A stretch of DNA of 64,000 nucleotides, taken from an uncultured virus (IMG/VR IMGVR_UViG_2630968567_000005) (taxonomy: Duplodnaviria; Heunggongvirae; Uroviricota; Caudoviricetes). The stretch lies in the IMG/VR virus record IMGVR_UViG_2630968567_000005; one strand, given 5' to 3'. The position numbers and the translations under genes are program-made. How positions within the stretch are numbered: position 1 is the first letter of the stretch; each line of letters starts with the position of its first letter. This document shows positions 38,540 to 47,319 of this stretch, piece by piece. The notes under the pieces were generated by a model. It did no database searches and had not been told where the DNA came from. It saw only the letters and a program-made list of their open reading frames with translations.

Positions 38540-38684
38540 TCTCTCATCAACACGGCACAGTAGCCGATGCGAACAGGCAGGACGCCCACGAAGTAGCTGC
38601 CGGTGGCATACGAAACACCGGATGATTCGCAAGTTTAGGTTTAGTACGTTCTGGCAGCCGGGAAGACGGCAAAAGAGGGAAGTT

Positions 38685-38840
38685 ATGAAAGCAACTAAAA
38701 AGCAAGCGAGTAAATTCCAGATCCAATATCGCTACTGTGGAATGTGGGCTAACGGAAATACTTACCCAACTCGCAAAGAAGCTGATGATTACGCACGCAA
38801 TACTGGCCGTGATTATCAAGTAGTCAAAGTACGGCAATAA
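38685..38840 (+). CDS. Small hypothetical early protein (51 aa)
   Basis: GAGGGA RBS, MKATKKQASK... Confidence 0.55.
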   Translation: MKATKKQASKFQIQYRYCGMWANGNTYPTRKEADDYARNTGRDYQVVKVRQ

Positions 38841-39150
38841 CAGAATTTGGGTTGTTGCATTGGAGGAGAACCCCGCGCCAAGGCTCGGCATGATTACCAC
38901 AGTGCAGCAGCCCAAACCAATAACGTAGCCACGACGGGAAAGTGTGGTGAGGCAAGACCGAAGATCTGACCCGCTGGCCCGGCGTAATGGGCACCAAATT
39001 ACAGACGTAAAAAAACCCACCGAAGTGGGCTTCTTTACCCCGGGTCACCGACCAAAGTTAACCGGGAAGCTAACGGGGACCAACCCGTTAACAGAGGCAA
39101 GACCAACGGCTTACGCCATCAATCTTAAAATAAGTATATCAGGAGTTGCT

Positions 39151-39486
39151 ATGACAGCACTACAGATAACCACCAAGCTCTACATCCATACCAATCCATA
39201 TTCAACATCAAAAGATGATCGCTTTACCGTGTACACCTGTGACATGTCACAGGTTGAGCCAGCGCATGTTTTACTCGAAACCCGAGAAATTACGATTCCT
39301 TTTGACGAACCCGACCCTTTTGAAATCATCAGCAAGCATGTCGATTCACTCCATAGCAAAAAGGAACAGATTGCGGCTGAGTCATATCGTAAGCAGTCAC
39401 TAATTGATGATCAGATTCAGGCGTTGCTATGCATCGAGCACAGCACTCCATCGAACGTATCTGATGATACCGAAATTCCTTTTTAA
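39151..39486 (+). CDS. Hypothetical early protein
   Basis: AGGAG RBS, MTALQITT...; ends with an SSB-like acidic tail DDTEIPF. Confidence 0.7.
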   Translation: MTALQITTKLYIHTNPYSTSKDDRFTVYTCDMSQVEPAHVLLETREITIPFDEPDPFEIISKHVDSLHSKKEQIAAESYRKQSLIDDQIQALLCIEHSTPSNVSDDTEIPF

Positions 39487-39541
39487 TTAGTCATACATCA
39501 AAGACCAAGATCCGTTTAAAAACCAAAGAGGCAAGACCAAC

Positions 39542-41740
39542 ATGACTGTATTTATTTGTTTATTCGAGCCGAAAAAAGCGGCTCTCAAAAATGGGGCTAT
39601 ACCGCTTGTTATAGCTCTGGAAGCCATAAATAAGAAAATGGCATCCGCACTGGCCATCGGGAAATTATGGGAAGCCTACCCCGCTGCCGGTGATAACTTT
39701 GCTGATCCGAAAATCTGTGAGGATACTGTCGGGCAACCGCGCCCGGTTGTTGGTGAGTTCGATGAGCAGTTCGCACAGGATAATACCTTTGATGGCAAAG
39801 TATGGACGCCTAATGCTGTACCGTTGCCTGAGGATGGTAATGAAGACAACGGCGAGGTAAGTGAGGACATTACTACTACTACTCCGGTTGATTTCAACAA
39901 ACTGGGTATTGGAGCTAAAGTTGGTAGCGTAATGTTGTACGGTGCGCGTGACATTGATTCACATGAGCTATCACTTGTGTATGACTTAATTAATGATGAC
40001 GACGCTGAGCCGGAAATAAGTTCGATATACATGGCGCTCACATGTATTCCTGCAATTGGCGCGATGTATCCGCAGTCAATTAAAAATCTTATTGATGCGA
40101 TAAATAAGAAATTCCCCAAAATACCTGGATTCAGGGAAGTACGTAGCTTTGCTGAAAAATGGGTTAATGAACCCAGCAATCGTGACGAGTTAACCGGTAC
40201 TAAAAAAGTTGCCCGTATTGACACGCCGGCTCCTGATGCGCCAATCAAACGCAGCTTTGAGCACACATATAAAACGCTCGATCTCGAAGTCGCTCTCGCC
40301 TTATTGCCTGCTGATTTTAACTGCTGGGATGTCATGTCGGCAGAGATGAAGCAAGCAAAAGAGCTGATGGATAACAATGATGATGCCTGGCGTAAATGGT
40401 CAACCGATTTTCGCGTTCGCAACAATGTGTTATCTATTCCATGTGAAAGCATCTTTGAAGTGATCCGCGCGGGTAAAAAGCAACCTATCTTCCTGACCGA
40501 TGCCTCAGCACGAAAGGAATTTATCACTCAGTGTTTAGCCGTTAAAAACCCACAACCCGCAGTAACCAATCTGGGTGATGGCAAGTTCTCTATTGATGGT
40601 CTAGCCGGTGGTGAACCGCAACCAGCGGCAAACAATGAAACAAAACTGGCGCTGGTTGCCAATTCTGAGCCAGAAACTGAAACAAAACCGCCAATTGTTG
40701 AAACAGAACAGGAAAACCCTGAACTGGAACCTATCACTGATAACGCAGCTCAACAGGCTAAAGAGACGTTGGATCAGTTGGGTTACAGCGTTTATGCCTC
40801 AGTTGAGGAGAAGCCGACAGAGGTTATTGAAGAGGCGCAGCAAAGCGCTATTCCTACTGTAGATGTTACTGCTGATGAATTTCAGCAGCGAGCCGTCATC
40901 ATTGAAGAGGATATATCTTCACAGCCACAAGATGTGCAGGACAACATGAATCTGTGGCGCTCGGTGCAAAGAACCGATGAACGCTTTACTAAAGCATTCT
41001 CAAATAACGGTGGTGGCACGTCGATTAACGGCACCTATATGGTTATGCAAGCAACAAAATTGCTTGGGCCACAAGGTATCAACTGGCGGGTGGAGATTTT
41101 AGAAGAACGCTTTGATAACGGTGCACCGATCATGCGGTCAGTCAAAGGTGCTGATGGAAATTATATAAAAGAAGTCATACCCAACGGATCTGGCGGCTAT
41201 CTAACTGAGATCAATCATGTCATTAAAATACGCTTAATCTACACCCTGCGTGGTGAGCGTGGCGAAATCCCTGCATATGGTTGCACCCCATATATCTACA
41301 ACACCAAAAACGGTCTCACCTGTGATAGTGAAGTCACCAAAAAATCACTAACGGATGCGACTAAAAAGGCACTGTCACAACTTGGTTTCTCTGCTGATGT
41401 ATTCCTCGGTCTTTTTGATGATCTCGGATACCGCACTGATAACGCCGCTGAGTTTGCTATCAAGAACGCAAGTGAGAAAGCCGGTGACTCAGTTCGTCTG
41501 CGCAAAGAGCTGGATGAGAAGTTAACCAAAGTAGGCAATACCATTACGAGCGCCGTCACCACCAACGAAGTGAACAAGGTTTACAGCACCATTGCGCGTG
41601 AAGTTGATGTACACCGCAAAGATGCAGAAGCCAAAGCCGATCACGAACACGCCAATTACCTCAAAACCCGCCTGCTGGCGTTACACCGCTTAACTGAAAA
41701 ACGGGTTGCTGAACTTACCGCACAGGAGCCGACATTATGA
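39542..41740 (+). CDS. RecE-N-terminal-like region fused to a Rad52/Sak-like annealing domain
   Basis: 'TYKTLDLEVALAL' RecE-like segment; C-terminal 'TKLLGPQGINW...KKSLTDATKKALSQLGFSADVFLG'. Confidence 0.7.
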   Translation: MTVFICLFEPKKAALKNGAIPLVIALEAINKKMASALAIGKLWEAYPAAGDNFADPKICEDTVGQPRPVVGEFDEQFAQDNTFDGKVWTPNAVPLPEDGNEDNGEVSEDITTTTPVDFNKLGIGAKVGSVMLYGARDIDSHELSLVYDLINDDDAEPEISSIYMALTCIPAIGAMYPQSIKNLIDAINKKFPKIPGFREVRSFAEKWVNEPSNRDELTGTKKVARIDTPAPDAPIKRSFEHTYKTLDLEVALALLPADFNCWDVMSAEMKQAKELMDNNDDAWRKWSTDFRVRNNVLSIPCESIFEVIRAGKKQPIFLTDASARKEFITQCLAVKNPQPAVTNLGDGKFSIDGLAGGEPQPAANNETKLALVANSEPETETKPPIVETEQENPELEPITDNAAQQAKETLDQLGYSVYASVEEKPTEVIEEAQQSAIPTVDVTADEFQQRAVIIEEDISSQPQDVQDNMNLWRSVQRTDERFTKAFSNNGGGTSINGTYMVMQATKLLGPQGINWRVEILEERFDNGAPIMRSVKGADGNYIKEVIPNGSGGYLTEINHVIKIRLIYTLRGERGEIPAYGCTPYIYNTKNGLTCDSEVTKKSLTDATKKALSQLGFSADVFLGLFDDLGYRTDNAAEFAIKNASEKAGDSVRLRKELDEKLTKVGNTITSAVTTNEVNKVYSTIAREVDVHRKDAEAKADHEHANYLKTRLLALHRLTEKRVAELTAQEPTL

Positions 41741-42237
41741 GCAATACAGCAATCGCATTAGCCGCAGACCTTTTCAAACTGCAACAGTTGGTTGAGTCCT
41801 CAGAGGAACTCACGCCAGAAATGATCGCCGATACGCTTGAGGGGTTAGAGGGTGCCCTGGGGGATAAGCTGGATGCAACCTACGTCTTTGTTCGCAATCT
41901 TGAGGGGCAAGCAAAGACCTGTGATGAGGAAGCTAAACGTCTGGCTGAGCGGAAAAGGTCATTCGAGAATCGGGCCAAATCGATCAAACAGTACGTCCTT
42001 AACTGCTTATTGGCCGCAGATATGAACACACTTAAAACGCCGTATAACACATTCACCGCACGCAAAGGTGTGGCCAGTGTGGTGATCGACAATGAAGACT
42101 TATTGTCCAGTGAATTGGTGACAGTGCAAACCACCGTAGCGCCCGATAAAAAAGCCATTAAGGAAGCCATAGAGAATGGTGTTGATGTTAAAGGTGCGCA
42201 TATCGAGATCGGTAGCCGTAGCCTGCAGGTTCGCTAA
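41737..42237 (+). CDS. Siphovirus Gp157-like protein
   Basis: 'DTLEGLEG..DK', 'EAKRLAERK', 'PDKKAIKEAIENG..V.GA'. Confidence 0.85.
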   Translation: MSNTAIALAADLFKLQQLVESSEELTPEMIADTLEGLEGALGDKLDATYVFVRNLEGQAKTCDEEAKRLAERKRSFENRAKSIKQYVLNCLLAADMNTLKTPYNTFTARKGVASVVIDNEDLLSSELVTVQTTVAPDKKAIKEAIENGVDVKGAHIEIGSRSLQVR

Positions 42238-42282
42238 TTTCATCCCGCCCCAAACCAACGGGGCATTACTGAGGCAACACCC

Positions 42283-42465
42283 ATGCTAAAGCGTACTCAC
42301 AAACGCGGTGAAAAGTCCTATATCACACTCCCCGATGGACGAACAGGCACCATCCACACTGATCGCCGTTGTGATGTTCACTACGATTTTCCGGTAGATG
42401 TTCGAATTAGCAGCACCCCACCGCAGAAAGCACCCGAAAAATTGATTTTGCATAATCAGAAATAA
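42283..42465 (+). CDS. Small protein with a CsrA-like sequence pattern
   Basis: ML..T.K.GE...I...G...I......P.DV.I; GAGG RBS. Confidence 0.55.
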   Translation: MLKRTHKRGEKSYITLPDGRTGTIHTDRRCDVHYDFPVDVRISSTPPQKAPEKLILHNQK

Positions 42466-42485
42466 TCAACCTGCCCCGCTAGCAT
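42442..42485 (+). promoter_or_regulatory. YdaT/CII-type site and pI-like promoter
   Basis: TTGATT-N6-AATCAG followed after 20 nt by TAGCAT; same geometry as 37467. Confidence 0.6.
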
Positions 42486-42514
42486 GGTGGAAATCCAACA
42501 CCAGGGAAACCACC

Positions 42515-42721
42515 ATGCAGCCATGGCAACCGGGCAAACGCCTATTAACCGACTTAGATATTAAGATCGGCAAATTATCAGCCAGTGTACGGAAACAACA
42601 ACTCACCGACCACGATATACAGCGGGCCTGTTCTGCGACCGACAGAGCAATAACCCAAATGATACAGGGGCAAGACCATGAAAAACGACCACGACATAAT
42701 CACCAAAGAGGAGATGATTGA
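42515..42721 (+). CDS. Hypothetical protein
   Basis: 68-aa ORF with AGGGA RBS. Confidence 0.5.
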   Translation: MQPWQPGKRLLTDLDIKIGKLSASVRKQQLTDHDIQRACSATDRAITQMIQGQDHEKRPRHNHQRGDD

Positions 42722-42914
42722 GTTGACCGGTCATCACTACAAAACCAAACAATGTGACTCTTTACGCCGCTCGGGGATCTTTTTTATCCGACGCCCAGAC
42801 GGACACCCGAAAACCACTTGGGGCCATTTTTTGAATCCAATCAGTTTACGCGGTAAGCCGCTAGAGCCAGAAAAAGAAGAACCCAATTTCGAGGCCATGA
42901 ACAGTGGCCGGTAA
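42678..42914 (+). CDS. Excisionase-like protein (DUF4224-type)
   Basis: 'ELTGH...KQC..L...GI.F..R.DGHP', 'EPNFEAM'; overlaps int. Confidence 0.8.
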   Translation: MKNDHDIITKEEMIELTGHHYKTKQCDSLRRSGIFFIRRPDGHPKTTWGHFLNPISLRGKPLEPEKEEPNFEAMNSGR

Positions 42915-43920
42915 ACGCAAGAACGCCGCAGACACGGCATTACCACCTCGGGTGTATCGTGGAAAATCGAAATATGAATTCCACCCCGCCCGCGGTGGCT
43001 CAATATCGCTATGCCCATTGGATGCACCTATTTCTCAAGTATGGTCATGCTACGAAAAAATAAATAATGAGCCATTAGAAAAAGCCAACTTGAATAAACT
43101 CATTGAACAGTTTTTCCGCTCTGTTGATTTTAATGAGTTAGCTGTTGAGACGCAGAAAGACTACCGCAAATATTCACTTAGAGTATTACCAGTTTTCGGG
43201 AAAATGGAACCAGACAACATAAAACCTGAACATATCAGGAAATATATGGATAGACGCGGGGTTGCCAGTAGAACACAGGCAAACCGTGAGAAAACTTTCC
43301 TATCGCGGGTTTATCGTTGGGGTTATGAGAGGGGAATGGTAAAAGGCAACCCATGCAAGGGTGTTAAGCAATTTAAAGAGGTTAGCAGGGAACGATACAT
43401 TACTGACGCTGAATATAGCGCTCTCTACAACGTAGCTCCGCCGATTGTAAAAGCGGCAATGGAACTCGCCTATCTTTGTTGCGCTCGGCAAGCAGACATC
43501 CTCGCCTTAAAAAAGTCACAGCTAATAGATGCCGGGGTATTTATACAGCAAGGGAAAACAGGAAAGAAACAGATCAAGGCATGGACGGAAAGATTACAGC
43601 AGGCCATCAAAATTGCAGATGGAATAGAAATCGCTCCAGGTGTGAGCAGTATTTATGTACTACATCAGCGGTCTGGGCATGGCTACACAAGAGATGGTTT
43701 CAATAGTCGGTGGCGCAACGCAAAATTATTGGCCGCAAAAACATTTTCCGAATTGGACTTTGATTTCACGTTTCATGATTTAAAAGCCAAGGGAATATCA
43801 GACTTAGAGGGAACCCTCGCAGAGAAGCAAGCCATTTCAGGGCACAAGAATACAGCCCAAACAGCAAGATATGATAGGAAAACAGAAATTGTGCCAGTGG
43901 TAGGCGGTCAGAAAAAGTGA
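42904..43920 (+). CDS. int: Tyrosine integrase
   Basis: 'CARQADI', 'FHDLKAK', 'SGHK...TARY'. Confidence 0.93.
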   Translation: MAGKRKNAADTALPPRVYRGKSKYEFHPARGGSISLCPLDAPISQVWSCYEKINNEPLEKANLNKLIEQFFRSVDFNELAVETQKDYRKYSLRVLPVFGKMEPDNIKPEHIRKYMDRRGVASRTQANREKTFLSRVYRWGYERGMVKGNPCKGVKQFKEVSRERYITDAEYSALYNVAPPIVKAAMELAYLCCARQADILALKKSQLIDAGVFIQQGKTGKKQIKAWTERLQQAIKIADGIEIAPGVSSIYVLHQRSGHGYTRDGFNSRWRNAKLLAAKTFSELDFDFTFHDLKAKGISDLEGTLAEKQAISGHKNTAQTARYDRKTEIVPVVGGQKK

Positions 43921-43944
43921 ATTTTTATTCAGATAACCGAAATC

Positions 43945-43978
43945 ATGTTAGGAAATGATGTTAGGAACATCTTAGGAA
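43945..43978 (+). repeat. Three direct repeats, probable arm-type integrase sites
   Basis: ATGTTAGGAA, ATGTTAGGAA, ATCTTAGGAA between int and att. Confidence 0.6.
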
Positions 43979-44060
43979 TGAGATTTCAGGCACAAAAAAA
44001 CCGCCTCTCGGCGGTTAACGACATACTCATACTACTTTGTTTTACTTAGATTTGTTTCCA

Positions 44061-44114
44061 TGGTGCCCGGGGCGGGACTTGAACCCGCACAGCCATAAGC
44101 CGAGGGATTTTAAA
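44061..44114 (-). tRNA. 3' half of tRNA-Leu(TAA) (leuZ-like), att duplication, not a complete gene
   Basis: Minus strand TTTAAAATCCCTCGGCTTATGGCTGTGCGGGTTCAAGTCCCGCCCCGGGCACCA: anticodon loop, long variable arm, T-arm, CCA; 5' half absent. Confidence 0.9.
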
Positions 44115-44303
44115 AACTCTTAGGACAATCTGCAAATCAATCACTTACGTAAAATCAGTGAGTTACCAAACACGATGGCGGGTTAATTTGGGGTACTGTG
44201 GGGGTGGTAGTCACAATAATCCAAGCTATATTTGGTACTCAAAAAAAATCAGTTGTACTCATTTATTACTTAGCCTCACTATCTTACTATTCAAGATGTA
44301 ATG

Positions 44304-44340
44304 AGATCTGACACTTGGCTCGATGCCAGAGGCGGACATT
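44304..44340 (-). repeat. Left cargo-boundary arm
   Basis: Reverse complement AATGTCCGCCTCTGGCATCGAGCCAAG-TGTCAGATCT. Confidence 0.55.
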
Positions 44341-44445
44341 ACAAACATCACAGTGTATTGATTATTGTGGCACCGGTTAGTCATGCACTTTCGGAAAGTG
44401 AATACGCCCCAAAAATAGCGAAAAAACATGCTAGAGTGAAAAATC

Positions 44446-45084
44446 TCAAGCTAAATAAGGTCTATCTTTGCTTGTATCCAATAAATCAAAGAAAAAGACA
44501 TCTTCGATCCTGTTGTTAACACCTATTTTAATGTTTGTAGAGTTATTGAAAAAAAAGTCTAAATGATATCGGGGATGTAAACGGCCATTAGCGTTGTCTT
44601 CATCATCATCAAATCTAAAGTAGCCATGATCAATGAGTAAAAGCGATGATATTGCATCACAGTAATTAATAGCCCGCTGCATATCCCTGTCAAAGTTATC
44701 ACAAAGATCGACAGAAATAGCCTCATGAGAAAAATAACCATTTTCGCAAGTGGTAATAACATTTCTGCATCTAGATATGAACTCTGAATTGACAGGCATT
44801 GCATAAGCATCATAGTTAAAACTTATATTCTCTTCATATTCAATAACTTGAAAAGGTAAGTTCATAGTGAAGAAACCATCTGGTTTTCTAACAATAATTC
44901 TTTTATTGGTCCCTGTATTTATCAATAAATCAAAGTCTTTTGTTTCTTTGTTCCAAGACTGATGACAGGAGTTAATTATCTCAGCCGTTACAAGCAAGTT
45001 TTCTAAATTTGAGAAAACATCTCTTACTGGCTTGAATCTTTCAAAATACTCAAAAGGTATATCTCTAAAAAAATACTGACTCAT
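44446..45084 (-). CDS. DUF2290-like protein, partner of the helicase
   Basis: C-terminal 'GYFRFDDD...HPRYHLD' motif; 4-nt overlap with the helicase. Confidence 0.6.
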   Translation of the reverse strand: MSQYFFRDIPFEYFERFKPVRDVFSNLENLLVTAEIINSCHQSWNKETKDFDLLINTGTNKRIIVRKPDGFFTMNLPFQVIEYEENISFNYDAYAMPVNSEFISRCRNVITTCENGYFSHEAISVDLCDNFDRDMQRAINYCDAISSLLLIDHGYFRFDDDEDNANGRLHPRYHLDFFFNNSTNIKIGVNNRIEDVFFFDLLDTSKDRPYLA

Positions 45085-47063
45085 AATTTCACATTCCTGT
45101 GATATTCAACCTCAATGAGTTGAGCAACATAATCCCCATCAATTTCATCATCTTCAGAAATCATTCTTTTTACTCTGTCTGTTATTTTTGCAATCAAACG
45201 CGGAGTAGCGTTTTTATCAGCACAAAAGTTTTTTACCATAAGTGAAATTGAAATAGGTTCATCTAAGACAATAAAGTCTTTTTGATTAATTATTTCCTGC
45301 TCCGACGGAAGTCGGACATTCATGTAATTATTTACATTCAGAAAATCTAAACCTTGCTGAATATTTACCATTGCGGGATTTTCTTTATCATTACTCAATA
45401 CTAAGTGACTCTCTAAAAACGAACGAGCCATCATCGTATAGAGAGCATTTCGGAATGTGGATTTTTTTACTAACTTCATAGCAAAACAAATTACAAATGG
45501 AAATTCTAAGCCTTTGGCATTATTAATGTTTGAGATAAATAGCTTACCATCTTGTTTGGACTTTGTTTCGTGAGAAATATTTGAGTCCCAACCTAACTCT
45601 TGTTTTACTTTTAATTTAAGTGATTGAATAACATCATAAATATACCCTGCGGTATCAAGGAAAATCACAGCTATATCACCCTGATCCAGAGTTGGATGTC
45701 TACGCCTAATATCCTTTATGATATCAATAATTTTTGCAGGCCCATTATCCTGCTGGTCGAGTAAATGAAGAGCCGTACTTTTATAATCCTTAGGTATATC
45801 TTCAAATCTTCGTAATGGATCTCTTGATAATTCCACACGATTATCTATTTGTTTGTATTTGTAGCCGCAGGAGTCCCACTCCGCTTTCTTTAGCCATCGT
45901 AAAACGGGTTCTTCATATAAACCCATACCTAGAGCATGTGAAAACATTAAATTCTTTGGGTCGGTTCTGTAACATTTTTTTAAAACTATATCTGCTCTAT
46001 TTACATTATCACTAATCGGCATGAAAATATTCTGAAATACATCTCCAGCAACATAAATCTTTTTAGATGTAACCATTTCGCATAGGTCAATAAAACTCTG
46101 CGGAAAATCTTGGCTTTCATCAATGAACAAATAATCAAGCGCTTTTTTTTCAGAGCGACCACTATTATTGATGTCAATTATTGCTTTCTTACAGAGAGCA
46201 TCAAAGTCTCCGTTTCCGAAACCACCAAAAGGAATTTCATAAAAGTGACAAATGTATCTATACATACCTGAGAATGGATCGCGGCTTAAGCCCCATGAGT
46301 TAAAGCAAAAAAGTTTCGATCCCCATTCAATTTGTTTTTCAACTCTCATGAAATCAAAGAATTCTGGTATTCTGCTCCGCATTGTAGAAGCAAGAATTTT
46401 ATTATGGCAAGTGAAAGCTATCTTCAAATCTGGATTTTTAGAATAAACCTCTTTGAGTTTATGTAATAATAATTCTGTTTTACCAGAACCAGCTAAACCC
46501 TGAATGACACTTTTTTTACCTAAGTTACTCTGAAAAACAAAGCTGGTTTGATCTGTATCGAAAAGGATTATCTTTGATTTAACCGTATCTAGCAGATTAT
46601 TTGCTTCTAGATTTATTCTTGAAGTATCATTGATGCTTCCAACAATTAGAGAGATGATTAAATCAATGACTCTACTTTCTTTTATTTCGACAGTGAGACT
46701 ATTAAAATCGAGGTTGTCATATGGCAGCACCTCAAAAAGACTATGCCAAGATTTCTTTCTACCTATTTTTTCTCTATATTTAAACTTTTCAGCCAGAAAA
46801 GACACGTCCTCCAGAAAGTCCTCCTGATATTCTTCAAACAGTTCTGAATCGTCCCCCACATTAATGAAAAATGGCTTAACACCTGATGAAAAAACAGCAA
46901 TAGCTTGATCGTAATCGTATTTTACGTCTTCGTTCGACAAAGGTCTGCAAAGAATGTAAGTTTGTTTTTTATTTTGATTTGCATACTCGTTTATTAATTC
47001 ATCTATCCCAACGCTTTGAGCTAAAGTAAGTGCATCTTGTGAGTAAAAACAATAAGTTGACAT
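45081..47063 (-). CDS. Superfamily 1 helicase, putative anti-phage
   Basis: 'GLAGSGKT', 'IDESQD', 'CYRT', 'AKGLEF', 'LYTMMARS'; AT-rich. Confidence 0.85.
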   Translation of the reverse strand: MSTYCFYSQDALTLAQSVGIDELINEYANQNKKQTYILCRPLSNEDVKYDYDQAIAVFSSGVKPFFINVGDDSELFEEYQEDFLEDVSFLAEKFKYREKIGRKKSWHSLFEVLPYDNLDFNSLTVEIKESRVIDLIISLIVGSINDTSRINLEANNLLDTVKSKIILFDTDQTSFVFQSNLGKKSVIQGLAGSGKTELLLHKLKEVYSKNPDLKIAFTCHNKILASTMRSRIPEFFDFMRVEKQIEWGSKLFCFNSWGLSRDPFSGMYRYICHFYEIPFGGFGNGDFDALCKKAIIDINNSGRSEKKALDYLFIDESQDFPQSFIDLCEMVTSKKIYVAGDVFQNIFMPISDNVNRADIVLKKCYRTDPKNLMFSHALGMGLYEEPVLRWLKKAEWDSCGYKYKQIDNRVELSRDPLRRFEDIPKDYKSTALHLLDQQDNGPAKIIDIIKDIRRRHPTLDQGDIAVIFLDTAGYIYDVIQSLKLKVKQELGWDSNISHETKSKQDGKLFISNINNAKGLEFPFVICFAMKLVKKSTFRNALYTMMARSFLESHLVLSNDKENPAMVNIQQGLDFLNVNNYMNVRLPSEQEIINQKDFIVLDEPISISLMVKNFCADKNATPRLIAKITDRVKRMISEDDEIDGDYVAQLIEVEYHRNVKL

Positions 47064-47319
47064 TTAATTCCTTATGATTTTTAAAAACCTAGAGATCGAT
47101 AAGTACATTCTAATCTTTGATTGAATAGGTAATCAATTCCTTTCCTCTAGATAGGTTGGCCTATTTAAACTCAAATATATTGTCTTTCAGTCAACGAACG
47201 CTGTCTAGCAGCTATAATCAGACGTTGTGCAAGTTTTACAGATATCTTGGCACAATGACTTACTATCCGTTGATTCAGGCATCTGCCCGTTAGTATTAAG
47301 ATGAACCGATGCTAGAACC

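Larger units (their letters stand above)
1..44114. mobile_element. Lambdoid (siphovirus) prophage, left end outside the window, right end at the tRNA-Leu att
   Basis: Ordered tail-head-terminase-lysis-Q-replication-cro/cI-recombination-xis-int modules ending next to a tRNA 3' fragment. Confidence 0.95.

Noticed and set aside
39676..40527. 283-aa minus-strand ORF
   Set aside because: Fully antisense to the recombination gene, with no RBS or recognisable motif
44061..44114. Functional tRNA-Leu gene
   Set aside because: Acceptor 5' strand, D-arm and 5' anticodon stem are missing; this is an att remnant
44235..44261. GTACTCA repeats near att, also at 50634, as possible Apl sites
   Set aside because: A 7-mer with only three copies in AT-rich DNA is too weak to support
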